64,000 nt of DNA from a bacterium (GTDB lineage Bacteria; Patescibacteriota; Patescibacteriia; UBA9934): positions 16,774 to 80,773 of the forward strand of contig JBDRFP010000002.1 of assembly GCA_043818555.1 (NCBI GenBank), in the 5' to 3' direction. The notes under the pieces are model-generated. The model searched no databases. It was not told the origin of the DNA and was given only the letters and a program-made list of their open reading frames with translations. This document shows, piece after piece, positions 20,198 through 29,418 of this stretch (position 1 is the first letter of the stretch; every line of letters begins with the position of its first letter). A program made the position numbers and the translations under genes.

Positions 20198-22000
20198 CTA
20201 TCTCTTCAACACCTTCAAATACGCCTCGCTTGGAATCCTCACCTTCCCCTTCCCATGCGCGAGCATTTTCTTCTTTCCTTTCTTCTGCTTTTCGAGCAGC
20301 TTGCGCTTACGGGTTACATCGCCTCCGTAAAGCTTTTCCGTAACATCCTTTCTAAGCGCAGAGATCCTTTCAGATGCTACGATTTTGCCGCCAACCGCTG
20401 CCTGAAGTTTAATAACATACTGCTGTTTTGGAATCGACTCTTTAAGAGACTGTACAACTTTACGGCCAATTCTCTCTGCCTCTTTTCGATATGCAAAAGT
20501 GGCAAGCGCGTCGACCGGCTCTTCGGCTACGAGAATATTGAGCCTCACAATGTCGCCGGTTCGATACGCTACAACTTCATAATTCATTGACGCAAAACCG
20601 CTTGAGACGCTTTTTAGTTTATCGTAAAAGTCAACGATTATTTCAGCAAGCGGAATTTCGTAGCGAAGAATTGCGCGGCCTTCGGAAAGAAACTCGGTAT
20701 TTTTGTATATTCCGTGACGCTCCTGAACCAGTGTCATGACATTCCCAATGTAGTCAGATGGCGTAATAATATCAACTGCCGCCCAAGGCTCTTCTATTCT
20801 ATCAACAATTGACGAGTCCGGCAGGTCAAGAGCGCTTTTCACAATGTGCGGTTCTTGAACACTTTTTTGATACACCTTGTAAGCCACTGAAGGAACCGTG
20901 ACAATCAGATGAATACCAAATTCACGCTCCAGCCGTTCTTTCAAAATCTCAAGATGAAGCATGCCGAGTAGCCCGCAACGAAAGCCGTAACCGAGCGCAG
21001 GCGAATGTTCTGGTTCAAAAATCAATGCAGCGTCGTTCAGCTTAAGCCTTTCCATGGCATCGCGTAGCGCCGAATAGTCGTCGCCCTCTTCCGGGAAGAC
21101 GCCGGCAAAAACCATTGGTTGCACTTCTCGGTAGCCTGCAAGGGACTTTACATCTGCAACGCTGTCAATGGTCATCGTGTCACCAACTCGGCAGGCGCTA
21201 ATGTCCTTAAAGCCTGTTACAACATAGCCGATCTGACCTGTCTCAAGTTCTGGCATTGGGTCAAACCCAGGCTTTAGAGCCCCTACTTCAAGCATCTCCG
21301 TAGACGCTCGAGTTGCCATCATTTTCATCCTGTCACGCGCGCGGAACTTGCCGTCAACAACCCGCACATACGCAACAACGCCACGATAATCGTCGTAGAA
21401 CGAATCAAACACCAACGCTCGCGCCGGCTCAACTTCCTTGCCCTTAGGCTGCGGAATTTTTTCGACCACAATATCCAGTAGCTCGCCAACTCCCTCACCG
21501 GTCTTTGCAGACACTGAAAAAATATCTTCCGGCTTACAGCCAACCAGCTGCGTCAGCTCCTTCCTACGAGCTTCAATGTCAGCTGCCGGAAGGTCAATTT
21601 TATTTAAAACTGGGATGATTTCAAGATTCTGATCCAGCGCCAAGTACAAGTTGCCGATTGTTTGAGCCTGTACACCTTGAGTAGCGTCAACGAGAAGAAT
21701 CGCCCCCTCAACAGCTGCAAGCGATCGGCTCACCTCATAGTTAAAATCAACATGCCCCGGAGTATCAATTAAGTTTAGTGTGTACTCCTTGCCGTCTTTG
21801 ACATGCTTCATTCGGACAGGCGCAAGCTTGATTGTAATCCCACGTTCGCGCTCAAGATCCATACTGTCGAGAACCTGCTCCTGCATATTTCTCTTTTCAA
21901 TCGTGCCTGTGATCTCAAGCAACCGATCGGCAAGGGTAGACTTGCCGTGGTCGATGTGCGCAATAATGCAAAAGTTTCGGATTTGATTTTGGTTGGTCAC
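20198..22000 (-). CDS. lepA: elongation factor 4 (LepA)
   Basis: IRNFCIIAHIDHGKSTLADR, DTPGHVDF, LYGGDVTRKRKLLEKQK. Confidence 0.98.
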   Translation of the reverse strand: MTNQNQIRNFCIIAHIDHGKSTLADRLLEITGTIEKRNMQEQVLDSMDLERERGITIKLAPVRMKHVKDGKEYTLNLIDTPGHVDFNYEVSRSLAAVEGAILLVDATQGVQAQTIGNLYLALDQNLEIIPVLNKIDLPAADIEARRKELTQLVGCKPEDIFSVSAKTGEGVGELLDIVVEKIPQPKGKEVEPARALVFDSFYDDYRGVVAYVRVVDGKFRARDRMKMMATRASTEMLEVGALKPGFDPMPELETGQIGYVVTGFKDISACRVGDTMTIDSVADVKSLAGYREVQPMVFAGVFPEEGDDYSALRDAMERLKLNDAALIFEPEHSPALGYGFRCGLLGMLHLEILKERLEREFGIHLIVTVPSVAYKVYQKSVQEPHIVKSALDLPDSSIVDRIEEPWAAVDIITPSDYIGNVMTLVQERHGIYKNTEFLSEGRAILRYEIPLAEIIVDFYDKLKSVSSGFASMNYEVVAYRTGDIVRLNILVAEEPVDALATFAYRKEAERIGRKVVQSLKESIPKQQYVIKLQAAVGGKIVASERISALRKDVTEKLYGGDVTRKRKLLEKQKKGKKKMLAHGKGKVRIPSEAYLKVLKR

Positions 22001-22070
22001 AGGCGTGAGTAAGTAGATAGTAGTAAGTAGTCAAAGGGTACAATAAATTGGCGATTCTGTCGAGATGTTG

Positions 22071-22117
22071 GCAGGTTCAACCCTGAAGGTTGCTGCAACC
22101 TTCAGGGTTGAACCTGC
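22071..22117. repeat. REP-like palindrome, left of the alphaCTD-like cassette
   Basis: gcaggttcaaccctgaaggttgctgcaaccttcagggttgaacctgc. Confidence 0.9.
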
Positions 22118-22180
22118 ACGCTTGACCAAATCGACCAAAACTGCTAACCTTGCCTCAGCGCCCTAACAAAGGAGACTTAA

Positions 22181-22711
22181 ATGTCGCACGAACCATTGAC
22201 TCTCGAAGCCGCCCGCGAGCGAGGACTGTACAAAATGCTCGCGTCTTCAATACGAGCGCTACAGGTAGGCAAGCATGAACTCAACCTAGGCTGGGAGACG
22301 GCCTACAATTTGGAAAGACGAGGTATCGTCTGCATCTTCCAACTGTGTGAGCTTACCCTAGATCAGTCATCCCCTATCTGCCATGCGCTAGATAGTGTGG
22401 AGATCGAATCAGCTCTAAAAAAAATTAGGCTAGGATACGGCATGAGCTTCAGCGACGAGCTCAAGCACGCTCTACTCAATGAGCCGACCCTGCTGGAGGG
22501 ACTAGACAGGGTGATCGAAGTCCTGACAGCTGAAGGAACGGCTAAGCGAACCGAACTCAATGCGCTCGACCGCGACCTAGGAGCGCTCAAGATGATCCAA
22601 CGGGAACTGACTGGCGAGGAAGAGCCAGAATCTATCGATAGAGCCAGCGATTCTGATCCGTCGCTCGATGACCTTCCGCAGGACATCTGCCCGAGAGCAA
22701 ATGGATCCTAG
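22181..22711 (+). CDS. orphan protein with an RNA polymerase alphaCTD-like (HhH) domain, coiled coil and acidic tail
   Basis: SIRAL..LNLGWETAYNLERRGI..IFQL...EIESALKKIRLGYGM parallels the alphaCTD pattern LELTVRSANCLK..I..IGDL...EIK..L...GL.LGM; TTGACC-17-TAACCT promoter; SD AAGGAG. Confidence 0.65.
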   Translation: MSHEPLTLEAARERGLYKMLASSIRALQVGKHELNLGWETAYNLERRGIVCIFQLCELTLDQSSPICHALDSVEIESALKKIRLGYGMSFSDELKHALLNEPTLLEGLDRVIEVLTAEGTAKRTELNALDRDLGALKMIQRELTGEEEPESIDRASDSDPSLDDLPQDICPRANGS

Positions 22712-22752
22712 GGACAAACAACCCGCTTGCGCGATCGCAGGCGGGTTTCTTA

Positions 22753-22787
22753 TTAACCCTGAAGGTTGCTGCAACCTTCAGGGTTAA
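22753..22787. repeat. REP-like palindrome, right of the alphaCTD-like cassette; overlaps the mnmA stop
   Basis: ttaaccctgaaggttgctgcaaccttcagggttaa. Confidence 0.9.
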
Positions 22788-23863
22788 GCACTAGCGATCA
22801 CCCCCGAGCCGACCAACTCGTCGTCAACATAAAACGCCACAAACTGCCCAGGCGCTACTGCGCGCTGAGGTTTGTCGAATGTGACTTTCGCCTGTGCTAT
22901 TGGATGCTGACTACTGGCTACTGGATGCTCACGCTTCACGACACACCCCTGCAACGGTTGACGGTAACGAATTCTAGCCTGGATAGGCTTATTAAAATAT
23001 GTGTTCAAGTTGCCGGGAACGGTCTCAGTTAGGTCAGTAACGATTATTTCTGATGAATACAATTTTGGGTCATCCTCATGCGCAACAACAACCTCGTCGG
23101 TATCCGGCCTGCGCTCGACAACAAAGTACGGATCGCCTCCGCCAATGCCCAAACCCTGGCGCTGGCCAATTGTGTAGTACGCATGGCCTTTGTGTGTTCC
23201 AAGAACGCGACCCTCAATATCGACAATATTCCCTTCTCGCGGAGGTATGCTTGTCTTTAAAAACTCAGACAGCTCAATCTTGCCCACAAAGCAAAGTCCT
23301 TGGCTATCCTTCTTATCCGCCACGACGATGTTTAGCTCGCGAGCTTTAACGCGAACATCTGACTTTTCCATATCGCCAATCGGAAACATAACGCGCTTGA
23401 GCTGACCCTGAGTGAGCTGGCATAGAAAGTAACTCTGATCCTTTCCAGCATCGCGCCCGGCTAAAAGATGAGCCGTGCCGTCGTCATTGCGCCTCACGCG
23501 AGCGTAATGCCCTGTCGCGATCATGCTGCAACCCAACTTCTCAGCCTCGCGCAGCAAAAATCCAAACTTCATATACTTATTGCACAGCACATCAGGATTT
23601 GGCGTACGCCCTGCTTTGTATTCCTGCACCATGTACTCAAAAACGTTTCGACGATACTCAGACTCAAAATCAAAAGTCAGCAAATCAATCCCAAGCTGGG
23701 CAGCAACGCGCGTGGCGTCACGACGATCGTTGTCAGACTCACACCCAGTCCAATTGTGCATATACGCGCCGATAACATCAAAACCCTGCTCCACCAACAA
23801 AGCAGCCGACACACTCGAGTCGACCCCGCCGCTCATTGCCATTAGTACTTTAGGCTTATTCAT
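22784..23863 (-). CDS. mnmA: tRNA 2-thiouridine(34) synthase
   Basis: AMSGGVDSS, TPNPDVLCN, ATGHY, KDQSYFL, DSQGLCF, APGQ. Confidence 0.98.
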   Translation of the reverse strand: MNKPKVLMAMSGGVDSSVSAALLVEQGFDVIGAYMHNWTGCESDNDRRDATRVAAQLGIDLLTFDFESEYRRNVFEYMVQEYKAGRTPNPDVLCNKYMKFGFLLREAEKLGCSMIATGHYARVRRNDDGTAHLLAGRDAGKDQSYFLCQLTQGQLKRVMFPIGDMEKSDVRVKARELNIVVADKKDSQGLCFVGKIELSEFLKTSIPPREGNIVDIEGRVLGTHKGHAYYTIGQRQGLGIGGGDPYFVVERRPDTDEVVVAHEDDPKLYSSEIIVTDLTETVPGNLNTYFNKPIQARIRYRQPLQGCVVKREHPVASSQHPIAQAKVTFDKPQRAVAPGQFVAFYVDDELVGSGVIASA

Positions 23864-23897
23864 AACGGAATGAGGATAGCACGATTATGAGCATTGA

Positions 23898-24164
23898 TCA
23901 AGTATCGGATAGCTCTTCTTTAAGATACCGACGTAACATCAGTCTAAGTGTGCGCTTCCCTGCCGCTGTCTTGAAATACTGTTCCCGACGTTTTGCATCC
24001 ATCCGATGAAGAAACGTCTCATAGAAGATTAGTTTGATCGGCAACCTGCCCTTGGTCGCAAAGACCTCTCCATTCTTATGGCGCGTGACTCGCTCCTTCA
24101 GATCAGTAGAATAGCCGATGTAAAATTTATCGTCGTCACAAAGAAGAACGTAGACATAATACAT
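23898..24164 (-). CDS. stand-alone GIY-YIG nuclease family protein
   Basis: YYVYVL...FYIGYS.DL..R...H...A..RE. Confidence 0.9.
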   Translation of the reverse strand: MYYVYVLLCDDDKFYIGYSTDLKERVTRHKNGEVFATKGRLPIKLIFYETFLHRMDAKRREQYFKTAAGKRTLRLMLRRYLKEELSDT

Positions 24165-24185
24165 ACAACCATGGCTTAGCACAGA

Positions 24186-24259
24186 TGGTTCCCCTGAAGT
24201 AGAGCTGTAAAGGATAAAGCATCAAAATCCTTCACAGCACACTTCAGGGGTAAACCATG
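24186..24259. repeat. long inverted repeat between GIY-YIG and tRNA-Gln
   Basis: atggtt-cccctgaagt..gctgt..aagga / tcctt..acagc..acttcagggg-aaccat. Confidence 0.7.
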
Positions 24260-24315
24260 AAGTGTGACATCAGCAAAAAGCAAAGACACCAGCGTTTGCT
24301 GATGTCTCTACTTCA

Positions 24316-24389
24316 TGGTTCCCGGGCAGGGATTCGAACCCCGATTTTCTGGACCAGAACCAGACGTCCTGCCGTTAGACTACCCGGGA
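24316..24389 (-). tRNA. tRNA-Gln(CTG)
   Basis: cloverleaf TCCCGGG/CCCGGGA, anticodon arm TCTGG-TTCTGGT-CCAGA, TTCGAAT, encoded CCA; TTGACG-17-TATTAT promoter. Confidence 0.96.
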
Positions 24390-24431
24390 ATGTTGCAGGG
24401 AGATAATAACAGGAATTGCTCTTTTCGTCAA

Positions 24432-26003
24432 CTACTCCACCACCGTTCCCCCAAAAGCCGAGGCGAGGTTTTCGAGTGCTGCTTCTTGTTCGCCTCCGAT
24501 CATATCTGCCACGATCGTCACCTTAACTAGCATGACTTCTTCAATCGCCGCTTCCAGAATTTCAGCGTTTTTTCTCTGATTTAGAGTATCGCAATGAAAC
24601 GAATGTTCAAAGCCGATCGTTACTGAATTGCCTACCATCGATATTGGCTTAGCGCAATGCAGTACCAACGGCAATGCTATGTTGCGTCTTGAAACAGCTT
24701 CGCAGCAGCGCTTCCATTTGTTTTGTAATTCTTCGATAGAGAAAGAGACCCGCGAGGTCTCTGGGGCTCCTTGGGATTTTGAGAGAGGAGGTTGAGGGAT
24801 TTTGAGGGAATTTGAGGGAGCTTCTGAATCGGGGGGAGATTGAGGGGTGTTGAGGGATGCTGAGGGAGGTTGAATATCAGGAGGAGATTGAGGGATGTTG
24901 AGAGAGGTTGAGGGATTTTGAGGGTCGCACATCTTGACCACGACGATCTCGAGCGGTAAGTGCGGCATTGCATCTGGCGCAAGCTTAGCGCGAGCTTCCA
25001 GCATTGCGTCAATAAACTCGGCGCACCGATTAACACTCATAAATTCCATCATTGAACGCATCTTCGCAGTCGTGGCAGCGTCGTAGTGATCGTGAACCGG
25101 ACCGTCGAGAGCGAGCAAAAGCATTGTTCGGACAAGATCTATTAACTCGTCTGTCAAATTCTGCACCGACCCGCCTTGATCAACAAAATTGTTCAACGCT
25201 TCAATCCCACTCTTCGCATCGCGCCTGGCTACAGCGTCAACCAAGCCAACAACCGTTGCCGTATTAGTTACTGGTAAAATTATAGAAGCTTCCTCAACGC
25301 CAATCGTTTTCTCTCCAAGCGCCAAAATCTGCCCAAACAAACTTTCCGCATCGCGCAAACACCCCTCGGAAAGCCTGGCGATCGAGCTTAAAACTTCGTC
25401 GTCAATCTTGACTCCTTCGGATTTGGCAATCATCTTGAGCCTGTCGATCATATCCTGAGCAGCAATCCTGTGGAAATCGAATCGCTGGCAACGCGAAAGA
25501 ATAGTCTGCGGAATTTTATGAATCTCGGTAGTAGCCAGAACAAAAATCACATTAGCCGGCGGCTCCTCCAAAGTCTTCAGAAGCGCATTAAAAGCCGAAC
25601 CGGAAAGCATATGCACCTCATCGATAATGAAAACTTTGTTCTTTCCCTGACCTGGAGCAAACCGAACAGCTTCGATGATGTTCTCGCGCACGTTATCTAC
25701 TCCGGTGTGTGATGCAGCGTCGATCTCAACAACGTCGAGCGCCTTGCCGAGCATAAACTCTTTACAATGCGCGCACTTTCCACACGCCTCGTTCGCGCCC
25801 TCTGCTCGATCTTCACAATTGACTGTTTTAGCCAACAATCGCGCAATTGTAGTTTTTCCAATTCCACGCGGGCCAGAAAATAAATACGCGTGAGCAACAT
25901 TGCCGCTCAAAATTTGACTCTGCAGCGTTGTTTTTATATGCCCCTGACCAGTAACGTCACTAAAGCTTGAAGGGCGGTATTTACGGTAAATTACTTCTGT
26001 CAT
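24432..26003 (-). CDS. dnaX: DNA polymerase III subunit gamma/tau
   Basis: YRKYRP, GPRGIGKTT, EIDAAS, DEVHMLS, SRCQRF. Confidence 0.97.
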   Translation of the reverse strand: MTEVIYRKYRPSSFSDVTGQGHIKTTLQSQILSGNVAHAYLFSGPRGIGKTTIARLLAKTVNCEDRAEGANEACGKCAHCKEFMLGKALDVVEIDAASHTGVDNVRENIIEAVRFAPGQGKNKVFIIDEVHMLSGSAFNALLKTLEEPPANVIFVLATTEIHKIPQTILSRCQRFDFHRIAAQDMIDRLKMIAKSEGVKIDDEVLSSIARLSEGCLRDAESLFGQILALGEKTIGVEEASIILPVTNTATVVGLVDAVARRDAKSGIEALNNFVDQGGSVQNLTDELIDLVRTMLLLALDGPVHDHYDAATTAKMRSMMEFMSVNRCAEFIDAMLEARAKLAPDAMPHLPLEIVVVKMCDPQNPSTSLNIPQSPPDIQPPSASLNTPQSPPDSEAPSNSLKIPQPPLSKSQGAPETSRVSFSIEELQNKWKRCCEAVSRRNIALPLVLHCAKPISMVGNSVTIGFEHSFHCDTLNQRKNAEILEAAIEEVMLVKVTIVADMIGGEQEAALENLASAFGGTVVE

Positions 26004-26010
26004 ACCCGGA

Positions 26011-26136
26011 TAGTACAACTTCGAATGATGCCAACGGTAAACTGTGGCATCAAAGTTGTAGAGTTAAATATGATTTTATCTAAAAGGTGGCTCTCAACTC
26101 GGCACTATCAACCCCTTAATATCGAAGTTGTACTAC
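26011..26136. repeat. inverted-repeat element upstream of dnaX
   Basis: tagtacaacttcga at the left end, tcgaagttgtacta near the right end; internal tgatgcc/ggcatca hairpin. Confidence 0.6.
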
Positions 26137-26232
26137 CGAGCATACGGGAAGCATTTTAACATAAGACGGCGAAAAAACAAAAGTAGACAGCTACTGACTA
26201 CTGTCTACTGACTACTGGATGCTAGTTGCCGA

Positions 26233-28764
26233 TCACAAACTCGGCGGAACAGGCTCAGCCGTTGTAGGCTTTGACATTCCAATCCCGGCCCTAATCCTAA
26301 TCTCGCGGTCAACAATATCTCTTGGACGGCCATAAGTCAGGCGCGAGATCTCCTTAAGAGCATCGGCAAGCTTTTTGTTCGGCTCGCCTGGCCATTCCGT
26401 TTTAAGCGTGTAAGGCTTTAACAACTTTTCATTTGCAACAGTTTTTGCATTCCAAGTAAACTTTCCTGTGTTCATTAAGTCGTAAGGGCTAAATGTAGGC
26501 TCAAACACCTTGGCAAGAACCTCAACATCGTCCGGACCAATCCGCGCCGATAACATGCTGCCAACGTTACCAAGCACAGCGTCGCGAATTTCCGTCCTGC
26601 CACTCTCATCAGTCAATTGCCCCATGTACTGATGCGCAAGAATTAGGTTCAACTTGTATTTTCGAGCCTCGGACAAAATAGTCGCAATCGACGGAGTAAT
26701 ATAATTTTGGAACTCGTCAATATAGAGGTAAAAGTCCCTGCGTTCGTCTTCTGGAATGTCTGCCCTGCTAAACGCTGCCATTTGCAATTTGGAAATAAGA
26801 ATGAGCCCGATTAGATTTGAGTTCACTTCGCCGGTTTTACCTTTGGACAAGTTAACTAGCAAAATTTTACCCTCGTCCATAATTTCGCGAAAATTGAAGG
26901 CGCTATTTTTCTGCCCAATAATATTGCGCATCATCTCGTTTTCCACAAACCTACCAACCTTAGAAACCAGGTAGCCCATAGTTTCCGACTTATGGTAATC
27001 GCTCGTTTTTGCCATTTCGTCCTCCCAGAAACTTCGTACAACAGGATCCTTAACGCGCGCAATCCATTTGGCCTGGAACTTATCGTCAGCGATAATCCGC
27101 GGAATTTCGATCAAAGTCCCTGTGTCAGACAAGTCGGCCATCAAGGTCAGCATGAAGTTCCTCATGTAGTGCTCAAACATTGGCCCCATTGTTTCCGGCG
27201 GGAACAGCATATAAAAGATCGAGATCATTTCCTGCACGGCAAAGTCGCGCATGTTCTCATCTGGCGCCTCAAGCATATTCAAGCCCATTGGCCGCTCAAT
27301 GTCTGACGGGTTGAAGTAGATAACATCGTCGATTCTATTCTTTGGGATTTGACCAAGCACAGCATCGGCCAAGTCGCCATGCGGATCAAGCACAGCCACG
27401 CCTTTCCCTGCCTTAATGTCCTGATTAATCAGTGAGCGCAAAAAGACCGATTTACCTGTACCGGTTTTACCAATGATGTAAAAATGTCTTCGGCGGTCAG
27501 AATCCCCAATGAATACATCGGTTCTAACTCCGCGATATTCGTTGTATCCAAGACGCAAACCCTCCTTGGCTATCTCCGGTGGCACAGGCGCCACGCGCGA
27601 TTCCAGCCAGCGAATGTTTGGGGTCTCCGTTGACGCCAAAGGCAAATGCCACAAGCTAGCCATTTCCTCAGTGTTCAAAACAATACTGTACTTTGGATTA
27701 AAGCCGCGGTAAATAAAATCTCGAACTATCCTAGATTTCTTATTTGGAATCTCAGCACTAAAAGCATTGCCGTATTCGTAGATATTAAATTGGTTGAACG
27801 CCTTCAGGGCACCGTCCAAATCTTCCTTAACCGACTGAGCGCTCTTGCCCGACGCTACAACTCGAATATTGGCCTCTATCCCGGCCTTGGTCATCTTGGC
27901 CTCGATGCGCTGCGACATCTGCTCTTCAGCCTGAGTCAGCTTCCTTGGCTCTTCCGGCTTGTCTTTATCTTTCGACTTAAACATGTCTTTCCAGGTCGAT
28001 TTACCCTTCAGCGCATCTTCAAACGACATGCCCTTGTTCATGTTTTTGACCACCTTTTTGCCCAAGCCCCGCCAGCCCGGGCGAGCCGAGCGAACAATGT
28101 ACTGGATTGCCACGCCCTCGCCTTCGCCGATCTTTGAAAGCGCGTTGGTAATTCCATCGAGCGGATCAGACTCACTCTCCTTGTAGGTCTTCACCGGCAA
28201 CATGGACTGACGCTTAAAATTCAAATACCCGCCGGCAACAGTGGAAGTCGGCGTGAACAAGTTATAATCTTCAACCGGCTCAATTGCCGCGTCAGGATAC
28301 TGCGCATGCAACTGCTCCTCAATAAAGTCCCTCATGTACACCGGAACTGTCACATAAAAATCGATCATTTTGTCGATTACGACAATCTCCAAAGCCAACG
28401 AATCGGTCCTGCCAAAAAGCCATGCGCTAAAACCCTTCTGAGCTGTCAAGCCACCGATCGCGCTATAAAATGTCTCGGCAATTGCAATGTCTTCCTGCCA
28501 CTGCGCTATTGTGGCATCGCCCTTAACATCTCCTTCGGTTACAAACTTTGGCACCAAAACTTGCAAAGTGATGTTTTGATACTGCCCGCCGTGAATATTG
28601 CGGTTTTTCTGCAGAAAGTGTCGCAATAGGTAAACCGACCCCACTGCTGCAAAAATTATTAGCGCTACTGTAATCAAAATCGTAAGTGCCTGAAAAGCAT
28701 CAACCTGTGTGAAAGCGGGCTGAGTTGGAGCGCCTACTGTGATTTGGATCAATCCGATGTACAT
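26233..28764 (-). CDS. membrane-anchored TraD/VirD4 (HerA/FtsK-superfamily) coupling-protein-like ATPase
   Basis: N-terminal TM; RRRHFYIIGKTGTGKS (Walker A), DPHGD, YIDEFQ (Walker B), EARKY..L.LAHQ; start trimmed past the upstream repeat. Confidence 0.9.
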   Translation of the reverse strand: MYIGLIQITVGAPTQPAFTQVDAFQALTILITVALIIFAAVGSVYLLRHFLQKNRNIHGGQYQNITLQVLVPKFVTEGDVKGDATIAQWQEDIAIAETFYSAIGGLTAQKGFSAWLFGRTDSLALEIVVIDKMIDFYVTVPVYMRDFIEEQLHAQYPDAAIEPVEDYNLFTPTSTVAGGYLNFKRQSMLPVKTYKESESDPLDGITNALSKIGEGEGVAIQYIVRSARPGWRGLGKKVVKNMNKGMSFEDALKGKSTWKDMFKSKDKDKPEEPRKLTQAEEQMSQRIEAKMTKAGIEANIRVVASGKSAQSVKEDLDGALKAFNQFNIYEYGNAFSAEIPNKKSRIVRDFIYRGFNPKYSIVLNTEEMASLWHLPLASTETPNIRWLESRVAPVPPEIAKEGLRLGYNEYRGVRTDVFIGDSDRRRHFYIIGKTGTGKSVFLRSLINQDIKAGKGVAVLDPHGDLADAVLGQIPKNRIDDVIYFNPSDIERPMGLNMLEAPDENMRDFAVQEMISIFYMLFPPETMGPMFEHYMRNFMLTLMADLSDTGTLIEIPRIIADDKFQAKWIARVKDPVVRSFWEDEMAKTSDYHKSETMGYLVSKVGRFVENEMMRNIIGQKNSAFNFREIMDEGKILLVNLSKGKTGEVNSNLIGLILISKLQMAAFSRADIPEDERRDFYLYIDEFQNYITPSIATILSEARKYKLNLILAHQYMGQLTDESGRTEIRDAVLGNVGSMLSARIGPDDVEVLAKVFEPTFSPYDLMNTGKFTWNAKTVANEKLLKPYTLKTEWPGEPNKKLADALKEISRLTYGRPRDIVDREIRIRAGIGMSKPTTAEPVPPSL

Positions 28765-28794
28765 GCTACTAAATAGGCAATCTTGAAGTGACAC

Positions 28795-28881
28795 TAATGA
28801 CCAATGCCCAACTATCAATTCCCAATGAATCCCCAATATCCAACCCCTAATTGGTTATTGGGTACTTGTGAATTGGTCATT
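28795..28881. repeat. heptamer-based (CCAAT/ATTGG) hairpin repeat
   Basis: aatgaccaatgcccaactatcaattcccaatgaatccccaat is identical at about 51643 and similar at about 41750. Confidence 0.85.
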
Positions 28882-29358
28882 CTACTGTTTCTCGATATAA
28901 TTCAAAACCTTGTCTGTCCTAATCTTCGCCTCCTGCTCTAAGAAAAACTTATTCACACCCGGAATCATTTTTAGCCAATCGCTAATAAGCTTTAATACTT
29001 TTCGAGCCGTAATTTTGCCCTTATCAACCATTTCTTTGATGGCCGCAGCGACTTCCTCACCCCTTTGTTTGAAAGCTGGCCTTCTATCTGCCGGAAGCGC
29101 AAGGAAAATATCGGTAAGGTCATCGGCAAGAATCTCTTCAATGTCTTCGGTGACTTTATCTTTCTCTGGCCTTATCGATGACGGCTGAGCAGTCGGCGTC
29201 TCCGCGACCTCGACAACCGGCGCTTCTTTTTTCTCTTTTACCTCTTTCACTTTTTTCACCTCTTCCACCTCCGCAAGCTCTTTCACCTCCCCAACCTCAA
29301 CAACTTCCGGCTTTTCCGAAAGTGCTTCTTTTTTCTTTGGCTTCATTGCATCTGCCAT
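28882..29358 (-). CDS. hypothetical protein with a low-complexity N-terminus
   Basis: C-terminal F...GEE...WL..IPGVNKFFLEQEAKIRTD motif of a type I recall next to coupling ATPases in CPR genomes. Confidence 0.8.
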   Translation of the reverse strand: MADAMKPKKKEALSEKPEVVEVGEVKELAEVEEVKKVKEVKEKKEAPVVEVAETPTAQPSSIRPEKDKVTEDIEEILADDLTDIFLALPADRRPAFKQRGEEVAAAIKEMVDKGKITARKVLKLISDWLKMIPGVNKFFLEQEAKIRTDKVLNYIEKQ

Positions 29359-29418
29359 GTACTTATTTTACCACATTCCCGCACGTAACCCTAAAGGTTT
29401 CTGAACCTTTAGGGTTGT

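Noticed and set aside
24432-26003. Programmed frameshift in dnaX
   Set aside because: I did not see an A-AAA-AAG slippery site with a stimulatory hairpin at the expected position.
26233-28764. Conjugative element
   Set aside because: No relaxase, VirB genes or oriT seen; the ATPase is embedded among housekeeping genes.
28765-28836. Shared N-terminal peptide MGIHWELIVGHWSL on two ATPases (similar on HrcA) as a signal sequence
   Set aside because: It is the translation of an intergenic repeat picked up by longest-ORF calling; better starts lie downstream.
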